The position numbers were made by a program, and so were the translations under genes. A stretch of DNA of 64,000 nt, taken from the NCBI GenBank assembly GCA_964036045.1, contig OZ038378.1, positions 68,572,001 to 68,636,000 on the forward strand, in the 5' to 3' direction. Positions 1-12,046 of the stretch are shown piece after piece; the first letter of the stretch is position 1; each line of letters starts with the position of its first letter. Below the pieces are notes generated by a model. It made no database searches and was not told where the DNA came from. It saw only the letters and a list, made by a program, of their open reading frames with translations. Source of the stretch: Eutreptiella sp. 'Long Island Sound 2002' (taxonomy: Eukaryota; Protista; Euglenida).

Positions 1-404
1 AAACGTGGCAGCGGGATTTGTGGTGTGTGTATGTGTGTTGTCGGTCGTAGGGAACAAGAGGGGAACAGCTCAAAAAGAAAGGAGGGGGAGCACTACACAA
101 GCAGTCAATACAGCCAAGGATTGGCCGTTTGCTAGCCCCCTGAGTTTTGCAGTCCCCGCAGCAGTCTTTACTAATCCGTGGAAAATGAAGGGCTCACCAA
201 TCGGGACATCGTCTTCTGTTTCACCCAAACGTACAGCACAGTACCATGAGCCTAGACCCCTGCCTGCGGAGGTCCTTAAGAGATCAGCCACAACCACATC
301 AAAAGGAAACAAAGAAAGCTCACACAAGGCTTTCATTTGGATACTGAAGGAGGAGATTCTGCATCGGAGAAGTCTGTATTCTTGCAAACCTTCACCTACA
401 ACTG

Positions 405-1085
405 AGCTGGTCCCGGGGTACCGGCCCCTGCTGGAAGTTCTGAAAGCCCATGGGGCCTCCATGCTTGCACGTAAGCATAACACAAGTCGACCACTCAAAT
501 TCACATTGAGCCCCCAAACTCTGTGGGCATCCATGCGGATTGCAAGGTCGAAGCAATCTTCTTGAGGTCTAAACAACAAATGAAAAAATGCATGTAGAAG
601 CGGTCATAGGAACATGTAAAACCTCCAAACCATGTCCCAGTTACGGTAAGGTGCAATGATTATCAGAATTCACAAAGGAAGAGACATCAAGGCAGGGGAT
701 GGGGGGACAGCTCTGCACATACTGGGTAGCTTGATTCAGGATGCCCAAGGCGGAAGAACAAAACATGCGATGACATCAAGACATTGGTAATGCCCGTTGG
801 CTGTCAAAGCCTATCCTACTGGGGGGGTTGTTCATCTCCACTCCCGGCACTAGCGGACTCCAGAACCAGGAATCTAGTCTCTACACAGTACTCTCCATGC
901 TCCCGGAATGTTCCAACCCAACTCTCTTTTGGGCAGGAGATAGCCCGACCACACCACCATAAGGGGCGGGGGTTCCCGATTGCCTATAAGACTCAGGCCT
1001 GAGAAATGCTGTCCAAAAAAGGGGGTAAAGTGGTACATCACTCATACCACCTCAGGATCCCATATACCAAAGTGAACAAGGGTAG
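405..1085 (+). repeat. Dispersed repeat, copy A (degenerate element family; copy B at 13320-14010)
   Basis: Colinear similarity to 13320-14010 with shared blocks such as GGTCATAGGAACATGTAA, CCAAGGCGGAAGAACAAAACATGCGA and CATACCACCTCAGGATCC. Plus-frame peptides align (LVPGYRPLLEVLKAHGASMLA vs LVQAYRPRIDLVRAHAASLLA). Confidence 0.8.
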
Positions 1086-3166
1086 TTGGCGGTAGCCAAA
1101 GTTTTCGACCTGACACACCTACAGGGGCAGGACCCAGCTCCAGACACAGGTAGGTATCAGCCGTCCACATACGGCCTACACTTGAGAACGCTGCAGAAAG
1201 ACTACCCCAGACCGGAGCTTACCCTACGGTTTACTTGGGGTTCCCACTGGGTGCCGGTCCTCCAGACCCTTGCAGGGTAATCACAAGGCTGTGCTCGCAC
1301 TCTTAGAGGATTAGCAAGTGCATCTAGAAGGTACATTGTCGGTATACCCGTGAAGGATAGACCTTACTGGATCCAGTGGGCCCCCACTGGAGGACATTAT
1401 TCACCCCCTGTTAGCAAGGCCCTACTCACGTGCACTCCACTCACCACCTCACAGATTCTGTGGTGTACCAGCGGACTGATGGGGCATTTTGCCTTGGTCA
1501 CTCCGAGGCCCCGGTTGGGGCTAAGCTGCACGGCAGGACATTGTCCTGAGGGTCCCTACGGTCCATGACACCGACGTTCGTTGCACCACGCTCATGCCCA
1601 CCTTGATCCCGCAGACATACAAACAGGCTCATCTACTCATCGAGCCGATTAAACCCTACAGAACCTTCATCACCTGAGCAAGACTGGAGATGCTGCTCAG
1701 GGACAGGCAATCCTGGCAAAGGCTGAGATCATCTGGGTCAAGTTTCCAGAGACCTGCAACTCGGCGACAGGACCTTGATCCGACAGCTCTTTCCGGATAT
1801 CCGATGAAGAGAGTACAGTGCAAAAAGGAAAAAGGAAGGAGTGGATGTCATCAACCATCACCTTCTTGGACCGGTGGCAGTCTGTCATAGCTGCCAGGAC
1901 CCGTACGCTGCAGCGAAAGGGCTCACCAGTTGTTGGCACTTCAGGCTTTTCTTGCTGTGCAGACTGGTGTGCCTTCACCTGACAGTACAATCCAGCCAAG
2001 AGGGACGTCATAATGCATAAGGAGTCTACGAGCTATATGTCGCTCTTTGCTCGCATCGCATCAGGGGGAGTATCTTATTCAACCCACTGTCTGGAAGTCT
2101 GTCCAGTCTGAAGCCTGGGTGTCCAAACTCCCCGATGGGGCAAGCAGGACTCATATGCTATTGGCATAGCCCATCCATCCGATGGGGAATCTGGGCTACA
2201 GATCTCAGGGGTAGTTGCCGTCAATCTTTTGAGCTCATTCAGTCTTTCCTTCAACTCCTGTTCAGGTGTGAATTCTGCTGGAGTCAATTGCAGCAAACTG
2301 CTCAGCATTTCTGGACAACTTGGCGTGGCATCAGGATCACTTTCACAGTGGGTCCCTGCCGGTGCTTGCGAACCCTGTAGGGGTATTTCCATTCTGTCCT
2401 GGCCTGGTGATGGTGCGCTCACAGGTGTGTGTGTGGCATTGGCCTCCAACCCTCCTGGTGGCAACCAGCTTTTCCCTGGGCATTTCTGACTCAGACCAAA
2501 GAAGGAGCAGAAAGAATGGGACTTCTGCGGGCTCCCATGTCATGACATCCTGGAAGTCAGGGGTCTCCGCAGAGTACCCCCTATCTTCTCGTCCATACCA
2601 TCTTATGCCCAATCAGTATGTCTATGGCATCCTCGGCAAACTGTACCCAATTAGCCGGGCGCAGGCATAGGGTGCATGATCCCATACCCCACCCCTGGCC
2701 CTACCTCAGGGTAATGTCCCTCCGGTGTCCCTACACTGCCTCGTTTATGGAGGGTTGGCACCCCGAAGGGTCCAAACACCTGGCGCCGCCTGCATGCGGG
2801 GTATATCCCGCCGTCCCCAGCTGTGTCCTTCCGCGCGACGCACGGGTCGCTGCCTCGGTACCTGTCCTTGCTGTGGTTCCAACAAGGGCATCAAAAACGC
2901 CTGAAAAACAGGTCCCCTCCCTGGGCACGTCATGCTCTGCCTTCCCCAGCCTGAGTCATCATGTGTTCTTCAGGATATTGGTCGGGCTGCCCTGGTGGAG
3001 TCCCTCCCCCTTCATGTTATGGTTTGTTTTTTTACGTAGACCAGTTCGAGCCAAAGTTCTGGGCCGGGGCACCACCCCATGCTAAGTACATTTGAAGGGG
3101 GTAAAACATACAAGAAAGGAGGTAAGGTCGCGGGTCATGGGTCATGCATGGCAGTTGTGTGTAAGG

Positions 3167-6100
3167 TTAGCCCTGTCCCTTCTTAATTCGCTTTTTGGGT
3201 GGTGCTGAGGAAGGTTTGGGTAGAGGCCTTGACCTGGATTGCGGGGAAGGTGGTGTGGGGGAGGGTTGTGCTGGTGGTGGTGGTGCTGTGCGCTGCGGGA
3301 ATGATTGAGGTCTAGTTGACTGTGACCTGGAGCTGGGCTGTGACCTCTTTCTCACCTTCAGTGGTATGGGTGGCGGTGGAGTGTACCCCTGTGGTGCGCG
3401 CCGTTTTTTGTGCTCTGGAAGGAAAGAAGTGGTGTAGATGGAGTTTGGTGTGCTGAAGTGGTTGACTCCTGAGCGAACGGTTGGAAGTGACGGAGGGGAG
3501 TGGTCCTGCAGCAAGTAATGACAGGTGTGGACCGCTGTGGTAATGGCTGGACGTCTGTGAACCACAAATGCAGAGAGTTGCTCTGGCGTCATTCCCATCG
3601 AGGCTTTAAGCTTGGCATGCAGTGAAGCTGGCACAAGTGGGCGAATAAGGTTTCATTTATCGCCGGGACGTGCGGACGACCACCAGGGGAGCACAAATTG
3701 CCAGGTACTCGAAGGCCAGGCTCTCAGGAAAAGGTCTTGCAGGAACCAAAGCGAAGTGCAGTGACTCAGCATAGATAATGGGTCCAAAGGGTGAAATTCA
3801 TGGCACATGTAACATCGGTAGGAGAACATGTCCTGGTGAGACGGGAAGCCTTCAACCCACAAGGTCGCAGATGTCCAGAGAAATGGCAGATTGTCCAGCT
3901 TGGATGAGTGAAGGTACCAGTCATAGCTAGAGAAGTGATGCAGTGCAGAGTGAACATGCATTGGGGAGACATGCGACAGATCTTTGTTTTTTAGTTTGTT
4001 CGTGAGTGGAATCCCATTGAGAGATATGCAACCTTTGGGGGGGGGTGGGGTCAAGTTAGGATGTGGGGGGCAGCTGTAGTAGATCCATTTTGCAAGCGCA
4101 TCAGCGACTTCATTTCCCAAAAAACCCACATGGGCCTTTATCCAGGCGACTTCTACTACTGCCTGGATATTGTGTGATTCGTTTTTGAACACTACCAACC
4201 AGTTTTAACGATGTGTCTCTGACTTAGGTTGAGTCGGGCGCTGTGAAGGCTGATCGTCTGCGGCTTTACCGAACACAGAAACTACCTCAGAGTTCTCTGA
4301 AAGGATGCAGATGTGCTTGGCTGGGAAGTGAAGCCTGATGAAGCACGAACAGGAAAGAAGTGCCCAAAACTCTGCATCAACCGACCCGCGAAAGGGGGAA
4401 GGGATGGCAATGGCGAATGTAGGGGCATTGTGCGGGAAAAAAACTGCCGCTGCGCCAGTGAGTGAGTTTTTTTCCGAACCATCAATGTAAACCCATAATG
4501 CTTGAAGGGGTGCGCGGACAAGCATCTGGTATGCTTTTGAACATTTCCATTCATGCAGATCGCTGGAAAACAGGCGGTGTTGGAAGGCCGGGAGAAAGAC
4601 GTGCACACCCAGCTTGCAGGAGGGGCCCAGGGTCCCCCCGTGTGGGATAGGCGGTGAGGAGTGTGTCTTCGGTGAGTTCTGAATGAACGGAAGGAGTTGC
4701 TCTGGCGTCATGAGATGTGTGGGTATGGGAAGGTCCATCGGTGGCTGAAAGGAAAAAGAATGTGAGTTTTGTAGCGTGAAGTTACCGTGTGGTGTAGAAA
4801 TTTGCGCTGAATTGGCCGAGGTTGATGAAACCGTTGCCGTGACCCATCCATCCGATAATTCAGCAAACAGCTTGCTGTCTGTCGGCAGGTATTGGGTAAG
4901 ACCTGGATTCCAGACTCCAAAACCGTGGATGTCAAGTTGGAGGGCATGGGCTGCATCTACCAACCTGTCTTGCAAGGGATTTGGGTTGAACTGGAAGTAG
5001 GCCGAAAGGACTGCCTGATGTACTGATGGAGGACTGTCCAGCATAAGGTGACGTATGGCTCCATTGACTACAGATTTGTGCACAAAACGCGGCAAGTCCC
5101 ATAGTCCCAAGCCCCCACGTGCAAAGGATGAGTGTTTGTCCTTAGGGGACGTAGCCAGCGAAAGTCTGGATTTGCAGGCCAGCGATTTCCAGATGCGATG
5201 TTGCAGGGAGCAAAGTTGCGCTGGAGGAAGGTCATGGGCGAGGAGTATGTAGTTTAACGTGGAAATAAGTAACAGGTTCGTGATTGATACCAATTCATGA
5301 ATAGACAGATATATGTGCGACAGGCTGTTGAAAAATGAAATTATTTCGTTGTTCAGCAACTCGTACAACAGAAGGGGGTTTGGGTCAGTGAAGAGAAATA
5401 CGCCCAAATATTTGTAATATGTGTGAGGAGTGCCGTTGGGGGAATGTGTCGAGAGTGATGCTTTGGAAGGCGTACAAATTGTAACTGGTGAAGCGCCGTG
5501 CATGGCGTGAAGCTCCATCTTTGATATGTTCATATCCAGCCCTAACTGTCTTCCTTCCTGATCAAAAAAGTTAAAAACTGCCGCCGCGGTTGTGGGAGAG
5601 GTGGTCCTGAAGAGGAAGTTGTCAATAAATGTGTGAGTGGTGTTGGAATGTAACATGGATACATGCTGGGGGAGTGTCCAGAGAATTATGTTAATGTACA
5701 AGTTGAATAGAAGAGGTGAGAGGGGGCAGCCTTGTTTAACCCCCCTTAGCAAGGTGAAGTGGTGGTCTGTTTTACCATTAATTAATGGTATCTCTTTCTG
5801 AGAATGATACAGCATTTGTAGTGCTGTGATGAGCTGGGGTGGTAAATTGTAATGAATTAGCGTAGACCAGAGCGCTGAGCGGAGAATGCTGTTAAACGCT
5901 TTATTAAAGTCTATGTATAAGTGATAGGCCGGTGTGTTACGTGATTGACGTGCTGTGATGTGGTGTATGTGGTCCGCTGTACGGTGGCAGGGAAGACCCC
6001 CATGTTGTGACGGGTGTAAGAGTTTGTGTGTGAGTGTGTGGCTGGACAACTGGTCCACGAGGTGCGTGGATACCAGCTTGTAGAGGGAATTGAGTAAGGA

Positions 6101-7700
6101 AATAAGTCTATAGTTACTTGTCGACCGTGTGTCCCCCCTTTTATAAAGCAGGAATACTTGCGATTCAGTGAAATTTGGTGGCATTGTGTGAGTTAAGCTG
6201 AAATTGGTAGCGAATAAGAACCACTTGCGTACATACTCAGGGGAGAGGAAGATGATGTATAGGTTGGAACCATCCGTGCCCCCTCGTTTGGACGGCTTGG
6301 ACCTTCTCAGGATCTCAATGAATCTCTGTTCCTCCAAAGGCGGCAGTTGAGAGCTGCGAACATGATCAGGGCAAGTGGGGAGGTGCTGTAACAGAGGTGT
6401 CAGTAACTTTTGGTCTGGTTCGAAAGATGGGTCGCCCCCCAAATGCTGAAGTGTATTACAAAATGCCTTTGAAATGGATGCCGGTGAGGTGTGTATTGTG
6501 TTGTTGGCTGGATCTGTGACAGCGGTGAACGTGGAAGGCTGTGGCTGTAGTGTCTCGGCCAATGTCCTTTTTATGGCAGTTCCTGCCAGTAATGCCCTAT
6601 GCAGTTTGTTGCGCTGGGTCTTCTGAATGTCTGCACTCCATTGAGACACCAGGTTTTCAAGCTCACGCATAGACTTGGCAAAATTGGGGTGGTCCGGCGA
6701 AGGAACGGAGCGTGCTAATTTACTGAATTTCTTTTCCTCTTTCGTGGTGCGGTGCACAGGAATTCTGGTGATGTGGTGGTAGGCCATGGAGATCTCTGAA
6801 GTGATGAATGTGGTTAGCAAAAAACCCTCATCCTGAGAAAGGTGTTCAATTGACGGCTGAATGGCCTTGAGCCATTTATTCAAAGGAGAAAGAAAATGCT
6901 CGAACTGGTGTATTTCATCTTGGCTGAGCCGCCGAAAAAAAGGTGCTGGTTGTGACTGTGTAGCAAGTGAGGGTATGACTGGTGCTGAGCATGTAATGAA
7001 CGCTGGGTGGTGGTCTGAAAAAAAAATTGAAGTCTCAATTTCGGCGTCCAGAATGGGGTGGGTTGATGTAAATTGGGGGGAGGCGAAAATGTAGTCAAGT
7101 CTGGCTTGATTCTGGTGGTTGGTGGACCAGTATCTGGAAAATTTTTTGAGATGGGGGTGTTTGTCACGAAACGTGTCATGTAATGCTGGTGGCTGTTTGT
7201 TGACTTTGTTTGAAAGCCATGGCCAGGCATTTGATGAAGTGATATTTTCTGTGTCCAGAGAAACGTCAATGGACGTATTAAAGTCCCCGTCAATAATGTG
7301 AGATGAGTATTTTGGAAGCAGGACATCGAGAGCTTCTGAAATGATTTGGCGTAAGCGTTTGTCGTGTGGTGGACAGCAGAGTGAAATGAGCAGTGTTGGG
7401 GGAGATCCTGGCAGCGACAGGAGTAGGAGCGTCATGAGACCTTCTCGGTCTACGTGTTTAATAGATGTGCAAAAAGGTGCTATGCGATCAGACACATAGA
7501 TTGCTGTGCCTCTGCTTTTTTCCCCTGTCTTTGGTAAGTTGTACCATGTTTTTGCAAGCGAGGAGTGGCAATATGGTGGCGGCAGCGAAGAGGGTTTCAG
7601 TAGCTCTTGTCCGAAGAGGACGTCTGTGTTTTGGTAGAGGTGGGAAAAAACTTGCGGTGCCGGTGCTTTTTTTTTTGAAAATTGTGTGTGGTGAACTTGA
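3167..7700 (-). pseudogene. LINE ORF2 (endonuclease - reverse transcriptase - RNase H - Cys/His finger), disrupted
   Basis: Endonuclease motifs: LKFTTHN, DVLFGQE, GDFN, RLDYIF, SDHHP. RT motifs: LLYKRGD..NYRLISLL, YIDFNKAFN, GVKQGCPLSPLLF, FIDN (for YxDD), YKYLG. RNase H motifs: YIDGS, AEFWAL, WIKAHVG..GNEVADALAK. Finger CYMC..H....HC. Track ORFs 4205-7495, 3653-4198 and 3167-3634 share one frame, split by stops at 4205-4207 and 3653-3655. A frameshift lies in the 10-nt homopolymer at about 7667-7676. Confidence 0.95.
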
Positions 7701-7829
7701 GTTGTGTGGGTGGTGGTTGTGCTGTGAAGATTCTAGGTTTAGCTTTTGGCGGGGAGTATTGCAATTGAGCTTTGTTTGTGGGAGGTGAAACCCGTGACAG
7801 GAGGCTGCCGCCTGAGCTGGCTGGATCTG

Positions 7830-10800
7830 TTAAGAAATTACTCGCGGTGAGGACGTGAAGTCGAACTGCAGAGGGAGTGTAGTAGTCAAAGCTACTGTGA
7901 GGGCCAGCGTGGGCTGTGTGTGCGTGTGTGGGAACAAAAATCCGAGCTCGTGTAAAAAGCAGCCAACTGTCAATAGGATAAGCGGATGAACCATGGGCTC
8001 ATGGCCTTGAGGTGGTGGCATAGGTTTGCTGGCCGGCTTCCAGTCCCTGCTGGCGGTAATCTTGAATAGCTCATGGAGACACTGCGGGTCCGGCTGTCTG
8101 AGTTTGTTCTCTTGCCAACGGAAGTTGGCTGATGATGTTGAGGAACCTTCGGGTGGCCCACGGCGCCGGAGCTTGATCTGTTGCAATTGAAGGCAGGTTC
8201 GTGGTATCATGCAGATATACAATGGGCCATGGTGCCGGAGATTGACCTCTTGCCACCGAAGGCGGGCATATGGTGTAGGGAGGGAGTCACATACAAATGA
8301 TTCGCTGTGTATTGAGCTGATGCATGTTGGTAATGAGTGTGCAGTGAATTGGCTATGTGGTGACCACCCCTGTGGAATTTGGGTGACCACAGGCACTGTG
8401 TGTTGAAGGCTTGTGATTTCAGAAACGCCCAAGCGTAGGCGCGGCTTGGTGTTTCGGGAGCGCCCAAGCGGAAGAGCGTAGCCAGTAGTAAGGTGGCGCA
8501 ATTCAAGTGCCAGACAAGCTGCAGTGAACTCAGCATAGCTCTGCGGTAGTGACGTCCATGATCGAGTAGTGGAATGCCAAAATTCAGATGATGCCCAAGC
8601 AGTCGGTAATATTTGTCTTCCGTTCAGGCGCAAGGGAATGGCACATATCAAAGCGGGTGGTAACAGAGACCTGATACATGCCTGCTGCAATGCTTCACGG
8701 AAGTAGCGGTGCTCTAAATAGGTTTGCGCAGGTAGGTCTTCCATGTCCAAGAGCTGAGAATCATCAATAAGTCTATGCCAGAAACGCATCGTGCAGCGGC
8801 GAGGTGCCGTTGGCGCTAGATCCGAGGTGAATATTACCAAAGGGAGTAGCGTGGACGGCAAAAGCATTCTGAAAGGAACTTTTTGTAAAGTGAACCTTGT
8901 GAGCAATGTGCGTACTTGCTGCAATAACTGTAAACCTCCGGTGACGCAAAAAGTATAGTCTAAGAAGATGCGGGTGGTCTCAAGGCTTAAATGATGCTGC
9001 AGGTGTGAGCGCTCAATTGGTGTACCCCTGGCACTGCACGACCTCCAGAGAGTTAAGCAGTGGAGTGGAAAACTCAAGCTGCCAATGTAGTTGGGCAACC
9101 AGATAAACCTGAGTCCATATATCGAATAGCAGCATCCTTGCAGTTGAAAGGGTATCCATTCCAGCGTGTCTTGGAAACTTGTGATGTCAGAGTCGCCCCA
9201 GTGGAACTGCAGCTTGATGTTACGGGCAACTCGGAGCGAAGACGCGTAGTCAGTAGTAGAATGATGCAATCCAAGTACCAGCCGTGCAGTAGCTAGCTCA
9301 TCATAGATTTGCAGTTGTGTTGACCATGATCGAACAGTGAAGTGCCAAACGTTAGATGATGCCCATGCAGTCGGTGGTAATTGCCTTCTGTACAGAAGCA
9401 AGGAAGTAGCACTCAGCCAGGTGGGCGACAGCCTGAAGGTGTTCACAGCACCGCCGCTGAATTTTGCTGGCAAGGGGGAAAACTGACCGGCGCCTGAGGT
9501 GGAGCTCGGCGTGAGCACTGGCCCTTTTCTGATGGGTGCCAGGCCCCATGGAAAAAGTTGCACTGCGACGAAAGGTGAGAGGAGTGACAGAATGGTAAGA
9601 CGACGGTTTGTTGATTGTTGTCCGGCGGAAGTGATTTGATTCCACAGTGATAATTGTGTGTTGTATGATGTGCGCGAGCCGTGTGTAACGTGTGGTGTGT
9701 GTAAGTGTAGGGGCCAAACTAGACGGGATACTGCGTGCGGTGAAGGGGGAAGGGCCCCCTGCGAGTGCTCTCGCTGACACATGGTTAGGGCTTTTTGGTC
9801 ATTTTTTGAATGGCTCCTGAGTGGTCCATAAGGGGCTTTCGTGGGCCAGCAGTGGAAACATGTTGGACGAACGAGCTCAAGAGGTCTGCCGACGGCGATA
9901 CCACAATTTTGGAGCCGCGGTCGGTCTTTTTATTAGGGCCGTTTCCTGGTCCTGGGGAAGAAGACCGAGCGCGCGTTCTAGTAGCGATAGGGTTATGCAC
10001 AGAGCTGATAGCTGAGAGATGCGATGAGGCATCAAGATGCATTTCGTTCATAATAGAACGCCCCCCTGTTTCAAGAATCGGCTGCTGATGGTTCACCGCT
10101 TGGTCTGTGGTGGATTTAGTGTTGTCATGAGGCGTTTCGGGTACTGTCACACCATCTGGGTCCGAAGTTGAGTCGCATGGTGACTCTTCACGAAGCTCAC
10201 TCTCGGTATTGCCCGGTGCAAGCGTATGTGGTGCATTGGTTGCGGCATGCGCGTGTGCAGCTTGATCCAAGTCCATTTGGAGAGACTTAGAAGGATCTTC
10301 AGAAGGAGATGCATGTGTGGGGGGATGTTGTGCAGAAGGGGCAGGTTGGGAGTGTGCTGCGGAGGGCGGCGTTTTACCGGACCTCTTGCCCCTTGGGACA
10401 ACTTTCGGAGTAGGTTTGCTTCCTGAGCTGATTGAAGGTTGTGAGTCGGGGTAAGGGGATGGTAGTGGAGTGTTAAGTGTTGTGTTTGTGTTGCTTGATC
10501 GGTCGGGTGGGTTGACGTCGTTTTTTTTCCCTCCGGGTCAGAAATGGAATGAACCACTTTTGGTGCAATATCTTGAAGTGTGTCCGACGGAGCCGTGATG
10601 TATGGCTGGTGGACATAGGGTTTGTCGGGACCTCCGGCTGGCGCGAGTGTTGGTGCAGGAGAGGGAGGTGAACTGCTGGTGTGTTTTATTGGAGACGCAT
10701 CGAAGGGAATTGCGAGTGCTGAGGTGGCTTACTTACCCCTTGCGGTAAGCAGCAGCCATCCGTTCTGATCCTCAGAGACTCGCAACTGAGCGGTCCGGCT

Positions 10801-11064
10801 TGTTTGACTCGGTACCTCCGGGGTCTTAGCCTGTGTCTCTGAGGCTTGGTTCTGCTGCAATGTCCTGTGGGGCAGCTTCGAGATCCAATGTGTACCCTGC
10901 AGTACTGTCCTGGACAGGAACCATGTTCTGAAACCTGTGCAAAAAGCGAAGGTGACCCTTGACCATTCATACGTGGCAAAAAATATAAACAGGCGGGGTA
11001 TATGAGGCTGCAAAAGCCGAATGATTCCTGCAGTCACATCCAGCAACGATATCTTCGGGCTCAC
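7830..11064 (-). pseudogene. LINE ORF1-like region, frameshifted; includes a 650-codon open segment (7830-9782) with an internal duplication
   Basis: Lies directly upstream of ORF2 on the same strand. The 75-aa blocks at 9162-9386 and 8394-8618 are 38/75 identical with about ten synonymous codon differences, which supports the frame. Upstream pieces 9785-10276 and 10729-11064 are S/T/P/Q-rich or N-terminal fragments in other frames. Confidence 0.7.
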
Positions 11065-12046
11065 GGGTGGCTTTTAGCCCCCCCGTCCTCACCTGATATG
11101 TGCCTCCAACTCATGGACCTCCCACTCCCCTCCCAAACAGCCTCTAGCGCTTTGCGCCACTCCAACCCCTCCCCCGCACTGTGTTTTACAGTGGTGCTCG
11201 CCATTTACCTGGTCGTTTCGTTTTTGGTTGCCCCACTTCCGCAGATATGCGCTCTGGTCTCCCCTAGCCCCGTACTCCGATCATCGCCCACATCCTGTGC
11301 AGCCTCTGGTCTGGGACGTGCTATGTAGATACCCACACAGCACCTGGCTCAGTGTTACAGCACTGTCCCACTGGTGATAGGATGTTCAGCTCCCTCCCCG
11401 TCTGTGATCTGGCACTCCCATGGCACCATACCTGGCACATGCACTGGCGGGGGGGTCCTCACAGGGGTAGGTTGTCCTGCTCAGCTCCTCACTGTTGGAA
11501 GCCCATGGCACTCAGTCCATGGCACCAATTGGGCATTGGAACATCAGCAACAGGTACCATACTAACCTTTGTCGTCGCCGGAGGCGCTCAACTCGAAAAG
11601 GGGAGGGGCAACGTCTGATGCTGAAAATGGCAACCTATCACGAAGACCAATTACCCCGGTTGCGGTCCTCCCCTAAAGGGCAATTCTATGAGCCAAAGGA
11701 CTGCGAGAGGACGTGAAGGAAACTGAACAGAGGTGGATTGCGACGGCTCAGGTCACAGATCAGCACAGCTGCACACTTTCTGGGGCTCCGGCCATTATAG
11801 GCTGCCATACCCCTATAGACACTCAGAGTCAGCCAGTGCACTGATTCCTGTGTACGATAGTAGAGGTGGTATAGGGCGGTTTCAACGGCTCAAGCCTAAA
11901 ATGCATCAATCCTGTTGACAAACACAAAAAGCAACCCCTGCAGGTTTGCTGGTGTCTGCTCCAGCCTGGTTGATCCCTGTCACCCAGGGGAACCCCTGTA
12001 AACATCCAGACTGAGCTGAAAACCAGAAGCCAGACCTGCATATAAC

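Larger units (their letters stand above)
3025..11100 (-). mobile_element. Near full-length non-LTR retrotransposon (LINE) with RNase H, inactivated; ends approximate
   Basis: ORF1-like region 11064-7830, then ORF2 with APE endonuclease, RT, RNase H and Zn-finger motifs. A short A-rich stretch near 3025-3035 is a possible 3' end. No TSD identified. Confidence 0.9.

Noticed and set aside
5-579. Opposing ORFs of 186 aa (+) and 169 aa (-)
   Set aside because: Part of a decayed repeat. The second copy does not keep either ORF intact, and no host-gene motif or splice structure is evident.
9352-9780. Alternative 142-aa frame in ORF1 region
   Set aside because: It stops at the same point in both internal repeats, while synonymous changes support the 650-codon frame.
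11815-11827. 13-nt minus-strand match (TCTGAGTGTCTAT) to the Euglena spliced-leader sequence as recalled
   Set aside because: It lacks the following T-rich/CG end and GT donor and lies inside a decayed ORF. It is not enough to call an SL RNA gene or a retroposed mRNA.
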